From the NCBI GenBank assembly GCA_046563655.1, contig CM102284.1:6944001-7008000 (forward strand): a stretch of 64,000 nucleotides of DNA, in the 5' to 3' direction. Below the pieces are notes generated by a model, which was given only the letters and a program-made list of their open reading frames with translations, was not told the DNA's origin and did not search any database. The position numbers and the translations under genes were made by a program. Position 1 is the stretch's first letter, and each line of letters starts with the position of its first letter. The DNA is from Yuukianura sp. NJ FZ-2021 (Eukaryota). Shown here piece by piece: positions 54,082 to 64,000 of this stretch.

Positions 54082-57000
54082 ATGGATTTAATGTACTGTG
54101 CCGACTTCGATGTCAGTCTTCAAGAACTAATTGAATGTGACCTGAAAGCGGATATTGAGAACAGTGATCTCATGAGCGAACTGGCCAGTGCTCCACTCCT
54201 ATCATCGGACGATGACATGGACAACTTGGATCATCAATTCCTGGATCCGTATTCCCTTACACTTGGTTATGGACTCGGTGGAACATCTAGTCTTCTAAGG
54301 ACCAGCCATCCCTTTGCCAACAAATACTACATCACTGGAGCTGGACTAAATTCCTGTTCAAACATTTCATTCGACGAGCAATACATTATGGTAAACCAAA
54401 CGTTTCATTTTTAAATACTATGTAAGTGTGCTTCTGCTTTTTGCTTGTTTCAATTAACCTTCTACTAAAGTTTAGTTAATGAGTACAAACGAGGAGGCCA
54501 TTTAGAGATTTAAAGTGGCATTTTTGCTTTTGATTCATTTGAAAAGCTGAATGGAGCGAACGAGAGTTCATTCAAAACGTTTACATTTTTAGCACAATTT
54601 GGAAAAGCAAAAATAAGCGGGACATTCAATTTACTAAACTAAAGAACAAAAGATAGGTCAAAGACAAAACAATGAACAAAGAAGCCCTTCTTGGTATTAA
54701 GTACCCTATCGCTATCCCTTATTTTTGGAGGGAACAACAAACACCAATTTCTAAAATTTCGAAAAAGGCTCTCATTCGACCTTTTCTTTTCTTAAAGGCT
54801 CTATTTGAAATTGCCTTTTGAAATTCTTGACACATTTTGAACAAATATTCATAATCTGTTTAAAGCACTTGTTTCCCATGTAAAAAAAAAATTACGCCGC
54901 CATTGTCATTTCCCTTTGCGCACTAAAATTCAAAATGCTGGCAAAAATATTTATAACGAATTTATTTATTTCCTTTTACAAACATTCCGAAATGCGAAAC
55001 TTTCTAACACGTTTTCATTCATTTTTAATCAAATTCAAATTCAATAATCTCCTTTCTAAATAAATTCTAAAAAGCTTTCCTAAAAGCGGATAAATATTCC
55101 GTGTGAAGGATAAGTACTAGTGACCGGGAAACTTTAAATTGTGGGAAGGGAGAATATGGAGGAGCCTGGAGAGAGACTTGCGTGAAACTTGGTTTTAAGT
55201 TTTACTTTACCACCATACTACTAAAGATGTACTTTGATTGAACAACTTACTATGTTCACTTGTACATTGTTTTGACCATGAAGATGATAAGTTTTTGGAT
55301 ATGTTGTTCCCTTTGTCATTCCTCCCTCCGTTTTTTGATGATCACAACAAGTCTGTCCTATCTCCCGGCTCTTTTTCTTTGTTCGTCTCCATTTCGCCTT
55401 GGATCGTTCATTGAGCTCTGCTGATGGTGGGTTTGGACACCCATGACCATGAGAAGTTAGACGAGAAACGGCGTAGCAGTGGAGTGGGATTGGACACCCT
55501 CTTCATCTCCTCCCTGCCCTGGGCCGACGGGAGAGCAGTACATATTTTGGCACGGGGGAGATGAAGATGATGGCTCTTTGCGCAGTAGTGGTCCCCCATT
55601 AACTTAAAAGTATAGGGAATAGCGTGGTAGTGGGCTTATCCCTATGAAACAGCAACATTCGGGAACAAGGACTCGCTCCAAGTCGAGTGTTTTTGCCTGT
55701 AACTTTTAAGTTTACCATTTCGAATGTGCTGTGTGTATTTCGTGTGAAACTCTTTTTTGACGTTGAAACTAAACTACGATCGAAAAAATGGACCCCGAGA
55801 AGTTAACTATCGAAGTAATGGATCCCGATAAGCTAACTATCGAAGCAATAGCTCCCGACAAACCAACTATTGAAGGAATGGATTCCGACAACCTAACTAT
55901 GGAAGAATTGGATCCCGGCAACCTTACTATCGAAGAAATGGATGCCGAGAAGCTGGACATCAAAGAAATTGATCCCGAGAAGCTAACTTTCCAAGAAATG
56001 TTTCCCGACAAGCTATCTATCGAAGAAATGGATCCAGATAAGCTAACTATCGAAGAAGTAGATCCCGACAAACTAACTATCGAAGAAATGGATCCCGACA
56101 AGCTAGCTCTGGAAGAAATGGATCCCGAGAAGCTAACTTTCGAAGAAATATATCCCGAGAAGCTTGACATTGAAGAAATGGATCCCGAAAAGCTAACTTT
56201 CGATGAAATGGATCCCGAAAAGCTAACTTTCGATGAAATGGATCCCGAAAAGCTGACTATCGAAGAAATGGATTCCGATCAGCTGATTATCTCAGAAATG
56301 GATCCGGATAAACTGATTATCACGGAAACTGATTCTCATCTGATTATCGAAGAAAAAGATTTGAAGGTTGATGTGGAGGAGGAACAGAAAATTGAACAAC
56401 TCGAAGAAAATGCTGGACAATCTGGAGCCGTAGTGTCTGAAAACCCAGAAGATGCGAATGTCTCGGATTCCACTTTGCAATGTACTGACGAAGACCATGG
56501 ATTGGCAACGGTTGAAGAAATTTTGGGTCTTGCCATTAATACTCCAGTCAAGGCCGAATCTTCACCGGAAGTTCAGATCATTGAACCAGAGGAATACACT
56601 GCTACTGAAGCACTTCGAAAGCGGATTTCTATTCGAAACCGGTCTATGGAAGAGCCAATACTGCCTTTGCTCAGTCCAGGAAGCCATCGTCGACCTCGTC
56701 GCGTCATTTTTGACACTCACATGCCGCCGAACAAGTACGAAGGATCGAAGCATGGTCTCCGACTTCCAAAATTCAATGGCATGGGAACACATGAAATTGT
56801 TCAGCGCATGGCTGATCGTGGACATATTTTATACATTGATGGATCTTTACGTTGGATGGGCCAAACTTCGGCTGAAAAACGAACCTGGATGAGCATGATT
56901 TCAGAAGATGGAGATGAATTTGATGATGACGATGAAGACATGACAATTGGTGGTCCACTTGACATTTATGCCCCCATGACCGTTACTCCAGTTAATTCGC

Positions 57001-58630
57001 CTAAGTGGCGATACAGAAAGAAAATGAAACAGGTTAGAGGGTGGGGAAGTTCTAGGATGTTTGTTTGGATTACTTTGTTAGTTGATAAGTAACGCTTGAC
57101 TCTAACTGCATTGCATAATCGCATTGAAAACTTGTGTTTTGTATGATTTGTGTAAAAACGATTTCTAACGTTTTTGTTTCGTTTTTTTTTTGTCCTACAG
57201 GTCGACCCCTCAAGTATAGTTCCGAATTCGGTGAGTAGCTCTTTGGGCTCAACTGGTTCAGCGAGCGAAACAGAACTCGGTACGGATGAAGATGAGGATG
57301 ACGCTGAATTGGCGTCTCAGGGCTGGATTATTACAAAAGCCGAAGGTCCAGAATCCCCGACACCATCTCCGGTGAGAGTAATGCAAGATGTTGAGTATGA
57401 ACTTATCGAAGAACCAGAATTCGTCATGGAGAGTGAACCACCAGTTGTTGAAGGACCACCGCAGAAGAAGAGGTACCTACTAAGTTGAAATGTTAAGATT
57501 TGTTCAAATGCTTATGATGTTCTGTATTTTGTCCTGAATGTGGATTGACTAAAGATTGACTGATTTTTTTAGGAAACACAAACACGAGCCTCAGCCACAC
57601 ACGGACGGCAAAATTTATCCTAAACCTGGTTTTTCTTACTCATGTCTGATTGCCATGTCACTCAAGAACTCAACCAAAGGAAGTCTCCCTGTATCCGAAA
57701 TCTACAAATTTATGTGGTAAGACATTCTGTACTTTCTGGTGGAAATTCTCGATTTCAGTTGCAAAACTTTTAAGATTTCAACTAAATGATGGATTTGGTT
57801 CTCTGTAGTGATCATTTCCCATACTTCAAGAGCGCACCCAGCGGATGGAAGAACTCTGTCCGACACAACCTCAGTTTGAACAAGTGCTTTGAGAAAATTG
57901 AAAAACCTGGAGGAAATGCTGCTCGTAAAGGCTGTCTCTGGGGACTTTGTAGGGGAAAGGAGAATAAGATGGACGAAGAAGTGCAGAAATGGCTGAAGAA
58001 GGACCCGGGTTCAGTGATTCGAGCGATGTCAGATCCTGGTAAGTCTAAAAACTACATTTTTGAATCAAGTTTTTCGAACATAACTGATTTTCCTCTTTAC
58101 AGAAAATCTGGAGCTAATCGAAAGGGGAGAGTTGAAAAGAGACTACAGTGGTAACACTGCCGGTGCTTCTGACGACGAAGAAGAAGAGGAAGATGCCGTG
58201 ACACCAATCCGGGTTGTCGCCGCTCCTCGGAGTAAAGTTAGGCCAGCCTCTACGGCAGCGACACTGACGACAGCCGTCGTTAACGGTGAAACTATTATTA
58301 CGACCACACCTTTGACAATGTCCACCCTTCGGACTTCACTACAACCTCAACAAATCGTAAGATTCCAAAAACTTACAACTACAACTTCATAAGCTTTTTG
58401 TATTTTGCTAACAGTTTTTGTTTGTTTTGAAACAGAGAGTCATTAAAACAGAAGGAGGAGAGCAAGCAGCAGTGACTGATGATCAGAAACAGACAATTGA
58501 ACTTGCTCAGCTCGGAAGTGTACAAGGAAACTACCTCTGCCATCCCAATGGAACTTTCACACTCAGTTTCACGGGACTTGGAAACCAGTCAACGAGGCCC
58601 CTCATAATTAGACATGCACAAGTCAAATAA
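54082..58630 (+). CDS. FoxN1/4: Forkhead box N1/4-type (jumeau-like) transcription factor, 467 aa. Exons 54082-54390, 57201-57472, 57573-57716, 57809-58038, 58103-58356, 58436-58630
   Basis: Forkhead domain [72 protein letters not shown]; jumu-like N-terminus MDL...[11 protein letters not shown]; splice junction restores M|VDPSSIVP. Confidence 0.9.
55788..56327 (+). repeat. Coding 30-bp tandem repeat, 18 units of consensus MDP(E/D)KLTIEE
   Basis: Exact 30-nt period with no indels or stops through 18 units, followed by one degenerate unit. Confidence 0.95.
55788..57032 (+). CDS. 415-codon intronic exon: candidate alternative first coding exon of FoxN (or a nested 434-aa ORF ending 57092)
   Basis: ATG 55788 with an in-frame stop just upstream; CAG|GTTAGA phase-0 donor at 57032/57033 matches the phase-0 FoxN acceptor at 57201. 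Confidence 0.7.
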
Positions 58631-59512
58631 TAGGTTAAGTCTTTACTTAGTTTAAGGTTTAATCAAGGTCAGTGGATATTACTGTTCCATAGTTTCTATC
58701 GAAATGTGGGTCGAATGGTAAGAACGAGGTACAAGTTTTACAAAGTTAGGGGGTCAAAATCAGGGAACGAAGGTTATTTCGAAGGCCACAGAGTCTTACT
58801 TTTTGTACATTTGTGGGTTAGGGTTAATTTGCAGGGCTAAGTTGGCAATTCAGAAGAGAAATGGCACAGATTAAGTTTTTGCAACTTTTAAAAGTCTAAC
58901 GTTTAAATGCGGGAGAGAAGGAAGCGAAACGGTTTTCTAAAATTCAGATTCTAACGATTATGGGTAGTCTAATCTTGTGAAACCGCCGTCCTCTCCTCTA
59001 TCTTTTTGAAAAACCTAAGTTTTCTTGGAATTTTAACCCATCTTTAAAAAATACTTGCAATTTTAAAAACTGTGTAAGATGTTGCAAAAGGAGGAGGGAG
59101 GAGGGATGCATTTATGCATAAGGTGGATAGGTACGTCCGTAAGGTCAATCCTGAGCCCTGCTTCGACTGAGATTTAGTTACGAGTTAAGTTATAAGTTCT
59201 TATTCCAGATTTATGTATTACTACTATATTATATAGTTTAGAGTAAATTTATAAATTCCATAATTTTAACCGAAATCAGCAGGTCTTTTGAAAATCGATT
59301 TTTCATTTTTTGTCGTGGCAACAATTTCACCGTTGATTAGATCACTAATGTTTCCATGTTATAAACAAGTTGTAGGTTGTAAGGGCAGCCAGCAGCACCT
59401 AGCCAGTCTCCTCGATGTAATTTCAGCGTTCTATCACAGCAGCATAGCAGCAGTTCATTTTCAAATTTCGGAGCAATTCAATCGAAGTTAAATTCTAGAT
59501 TAATCAACTAAC

Positions 59513-62148
59513 ATGGAGTCCAAGAGCAAGTACTACTTGAAACAGTTGCAGCATCTCAAGGTTGGAATTGTCGCGAGAGATACTCTACTTGCGGAACTTG
59601 GAGCCAAAATTCACGTAGGGATAAGCATTGTTACTTTATGATTCTGGGTTACTTCTAATATTTTTGTTGTGTTTTCTTTTAGAAAGCAAAGAAGATCTTT
59701 GGAAAGTATGATCCAACACTTATGGATCCCAAAGCATACTACAAGTCGCATGAGACGTTCATGAATTGGTTTGATCGGTACGCGAAGAACGCGATTGCGA
59801 AGATCAACGAACTGGAGAAGTGCGTTGCTGCGGGAGACACCAAATTGTACTACAAAGCGAAGCTTGTCACTGGCCAAGACAAACCGATTCCAGGAATCTT
59901 CATTCCAATTCCTCCAGTGATCTTCAGTGAAGTCCCTCAAGAATTTCCGGGCTTCAACGTCAAGGAATCAGAAGCTGCTGAGAAGCATGGTGGCCAAGCT
60001 CCGTCTGTACCCGGCTCGTCAGCATCCAGTCAAAATAGTGCACCGAACAACACTGGAGGAATCGCTGATGTCAGCTCTTCGGCATTCAGACGCTCCAGTA
60101 GCTGCTTATTGGTCCATTTGGACTCTACTGAAGCAGGTTGGAAGCCAAGCGAGGACCCTCGTGAAGTAGAAGTTGTTCCGACCGAACACGAAGCTCATAC
60201 CTTATCGACAGCGTCGTCTGATGACCTTGGAAATTCTACTGGAGCTGGGGACCGTCAACCGCGGTCGAGAGCAGCATCACGTCCGGAAATATACCTTACG
60301 AGTTCCGAGTCGTTCCCAGAACTTCCAGAAACATTCCAAGTTTCTTCTGGAAGCAGTCGAGTGGACTCAGCCTGGAATTTGCAATCAAGCAGCGGCTGCA
60401 TTCCACGTCCAAAGACAGCAATGCCGTCAGAACCAGAAGATTTGGATCGAGATGACTTTGAAGTTGCCATTGCCAAATCTACCGAACGAATTCGTACCTC
60501 CATTACCGACTTTTTACAGTTTGTGGATGTGATTGGCTCAGAGAGTGAACTCAACCTTGGCAGCCGACGCCCTTCTCATGTGAGATCACTGGAAAGTTTA
60601 GATTCACAACAGTACTTCGGATGTGAAGAAGATACTGAGCAACTCGGAGACATGAATGACATGCACAAGAGCTCCTCGGACACTTCAGTTGTTTTTGCTT
60701 ATCAAGGTCATGGTCAACCTCAGCCGGATCGCGAATCACTTTGTCCAATAGAATTCTGTGACTGGCCAGTCCTGCCTTCAACATCGTCCAATCTTGCATA
60801 CAGAACTTCCAGCGATTCTTTCTTCCAAGATGCAGTCAATGAACTTCGAAAAGAACTTTCAAATCCGGGCCTCAAAAAACTCTCGGCGAAGCGGGTGATG
60901 TCAACTTCTGCTATTAATGGAAACGGAAATAAAACGCCTGCCGGTTCCGGAACAGTACACGATGCTTCTGGGCAAGTAAAATCTTCGCAAGTATCAAAAT
61001 TACCTGTACTGATTCGAAGCAGTCTCGGTACCAAACCATTGGAAGGTGTTGTACAGCATCCGTCAAAACTTCGCGTTGAAGCGGTTCGTCAGCAGTCAGA
61101 AATCAGCGGTTCCTGGAGACTCGATGGACGAATTCGACGAAAACCGAAACTTGGAACTCGTCGAACTCCTTGGCAGCCGAAAGCACCATGGCGGTTTGGT
61201 ACGAAAAAGGAGAGGTCAAAGGAACTTTTGAGACGTAAATATTTGAGTGGAATGGGAAACTGGAAAAACCGACTCCACAAGATCACCACTCCAAGAGACA
61301 CCGTCGGCGCTGACCTTCCAGCCGAACGACCTCAACTTGGTAACTGGAACAATCGACTACAGAAAATCGTCACCCCGAGAGAGACTCCAGAAGCCGATGT
61401 TCCAGCAAACATGCCACAAGTTGGCACTTGGAGCAATCGGATGCAAAGAATCGTCTTGCAACGACAAAATTCCGAAGTTCAATTGGAGCAACCCCAACCA
61501 CCACCATGCTGGGGAACTTGGAATCAACTTCATCTAAAAGTTCCGAAAACTCCGGAGCCGATTCCACTTCGTCCAAAACCTGTTGCAGCGAAGATTGGTG
61601 GGACATGGAAGCCAAGAGCACCAAGAGTTCAACCAGCTCCAGCACCGCGAGGACCGTTGATAGAATTCAAAGAACCGTTTCCGAAACCGTATGGACCGAA
61701 ACCTGAGGTGACATATGCGGCACTCCGAAAAAGACTTGTTGAAGCCGGACAGCGACCAGCCGAAATTGAGAAAACAATCGGCCTTGAAAAAATCAAAATG
61801 CAACCGCACTTTGATGTTCAAATTAGCGTTCCTTCCCACGTCGTGTCACCCCGCAATCGTGTCGTTGCTCCTCGAAATGGAAACGGGGTAAACCCTGCAA
61901 GTACTCCGCGAAAATCGTTGTCTCTGATTCGAAAACGAAGTCGTTCGGCTCCAAATCTTCCTGGACATGGGCAACATCCGACCAATCAACGGCCAGGATC
62001 ATCCCGCCTCGAGGATTTTCGTGAAATGGATCACGGCGGACGCCTTTACGTTTCGCAGCTGAACTCAGGACGTCGCGAGCACCGCGGCGGTGGAAACGCT
62101 CCATTTACAACTGAATACCAATCGTCCTTCAACGCATCAAAAGCTTAA
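59513..62148 (+). CDS. Uncharacterised 855-aa protein with an acidic middle and a basic, Pro/Trp-repeat C-terminal half. Exons 59513-59614, 59683-62148
   Basis: 808-codon ORF extended upstream through a 68-nt GT-AG intron to ATG 59513; AATAAA at 62265; no domain recognised. Confidence 0.75.
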
Positions 62149-62543
62149 CAGTTAAAATTCTAAACTAATCCGAAAACTTCTGCTCGCAATGTTAAAATTT
62201 TGTAAAATTCCTAGAGTTGCTAAATTAGTTAAGCGCACGAATCCAAACAAAAATTTCCTTTTTGAATAAAGTTTAAAAATTCGGTCGAAAAATTAAAATC
62301 TTCTAAAAACACAGCCGAATTTTTTGAATACAGAAAGATATTCAAAAGCAATTAAAAAAATATGAAAATATCGACAATTGAAGTTACAAAAACTTCTACG
62401 CCGCTTGAAAAATTAAAAATTTTAGATATGGTAACAAAGTATAAAATATATAGACTGAATATTTTTAAATTTCAACTGACGTCGAGGGAAATTAAAAAAA
62501 AAATTATGATTTCTACAATAAAATTTGAAAATAAATTCACACA

Positions 62544-63027
62544 GTTTTTAGACATTATGCGAATAACGTTTTTTTATGTCCAACTTTTAAATAAGTGTAA
62601 AAAATGACAGGTTGATGTTAATAGACAGAAGTAAAATTAAATCCACTGTTGAACATTAGAGACTCTTCCATATAACTTGCATTCAAAATTTGCAAAATTT
62701 TGCAACAGAATTATGTGAATTTTCGAATTACTTAACTTTACTTAACCTAACCTTTTTGAATTAGAAAGATTCTTTGGATCATTCTGAATTTTTTCGTGAA
62801 AGAATTCGTAATTTATTGCAATCCATTCCTGAGATATGAATTTTGAAAGTTTTGTAATTTTATGAAATTTTGGAAAGAGATTTTCCAATGTGAAGTTGGA
62901 GGCTCCTCTGAAAAAGTGACAGGAGCTATGCGGGTATTAGGCGAAGCAAGAAGGCTACCTTTCTCAGCTTTTTTTCCCGCTGGCGGCCTCCCCATACAAA
63001 AAGCACACAAGAGCAAAAGAGCTATCT
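62544..63027. repeat. Composite repeat: copy of 14162-14282 joined directly to a copy of 16075-16440
   Basis: Direct sequence comparison; junction at about 62662-62668. Confidence 0.85.
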
Positions 63028-63120
63028 TATGGAGGGATTTTAGTAGCAAAACTAATTAAAGTTTCCCCCGCCAATTAACGTTTCCCCAATTAAAAAATTT
63101 AACTTTCGCCAATTTATTAA

Positions 63121-63327
63121 TTGGCGAAAATTTAAACGGCGAAAAGTTAATTGGGGGGATTTTAAACGGCGAAAAGTTAATTGGGGAAATTTTAAACGGC
63201 GAAAAGTTAATTGGGGGGAATTTAAACGGCGAAAAGTTAATTGGGGGGATTTTAAACGGCGAAAAGTTAATTGGGGGAATTTTAAACGGGGAGAAGTTAA
63301 TCGGCGAAACTTTAACCGGCGAAAAGT
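63121..63327. repeat. 30-bp minisatellite, 7 units (ttgggg.gattttaaacggcgaaaagttaa), with inverted partial units just upstream; MITE-like
   Basis: Units start at 63121, 63151, 63181, 63211, 63241, 63271, 63301; hairpin tttcgccaatt-tatt-aattggcgaaa at about 63104-63129. Confidence 0.85.
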
Positions 63328-64000
63328 GAGTGTTTCCCGTCAATAGATTTCTCCCCCCAATTGATTTGACAAAAATACTCAGGAGTGACACCGGGCACCT
63401 GTAATATATGGGCACCCAAATTATTTCATAATTATTTTAAACATTATATAAATTAAATTAAACTAATTTTAAAACTAATTAAAATCTCCAATTATTTTTA
63501 ATTAATATTTAGCACACTTAGTTTATCATTAATTAACTTATAATACATTAATGATAGAATTTAATGTTGCCCATGTATGATGTAGGCGTTGTGACATGGT
63601 AAATGACTTTTTCATTTACCATTTTGTTTTGAAATCATATAGAATCATACAAGTTCTCAGGTTTCAAACCGATTTAACCAATTTAAATTAAGTTTAAATT
63701 TCTAAGTTGAAGTCAGGTGCCTGGTCTAAAGAAAGTCATGTCAGTTGAAGCAACTGCTGCTGAGAGCATTTCTGGATACCAGTTTCTCAACACCCTAAAG
63801 GTCAGTGCATAATGAATTTGTAAAGGGCCCCATAATTTTCAATCGTGTTGAGCTTAACCAAAGTCAAACTTAATGCAGTATATTAATTAACTTTTCAGAG
63901 CAGCAAACTTGAATCATTATTTGAACGATCTCATTGCGTCTTTTCCAGACTGTCCCCGGATTGCTAATGCTGAGGAAAATGAACACTACCACATGTAGGA

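Noticed and set aside
63121-63327. CRISPR-like array, or the 119-aa ORF 63056-63415
   Set aside because: Units are contiguous with no unique spacers, there are no cas genes and the context is eukaryotic; the ORF is a repeat artefact.
63380-64000. Possible transposon end and exon-like fragments (donor 63801, acceptor 63898)
   Set aside because: No partner TIR or recognisable peptide; frames close quickly and the window ends.

Overview
Intron-rich, AT-rich animal genomic DNA, most likely from an arthropod. Most introns are only about 55-95 nt; a springtail-like genome is a guess, not established. I reconstructed these spliced genes by hand from GT/GC-AG sites and reading frames: the 3' part of a Ski/Sno co-repressor (its SMAD-binding domain is absent from the ORF track), Mkp3/DUSP6, a two-EF-hand protein, Pgi/GPI, Rpb9/POLR2I, IntS5, HSDL2, IscA1, an uncharacterised acidic/Pro-rich gene, Asf1, a FoxN1/4 (jumu-like) factor and an 855-aa orphan. 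Non-autonomous DNA transposons are also present: a 2.3-kb foldback palindrome with IS3EU-type ends and a 6-bp TSD, an internally deleted pogo element, and a GGAAG-rich hAT-like MITE. The most notable observations are: (1) 24 Capicua-type T(G/C)AATG(A/G)A octamers across the Mkp3 locus, 12 of them in a 2.2-kb non-coding block beyond a bystander gene; (2) a 415-codon exon inside FoxN intron 1 that encodes 18 acidic decapeptide repeats and can splice in frame onto the forkhead exons; (3) the nested palindromic transposon. All calls come from manual reading and no database searches were run.
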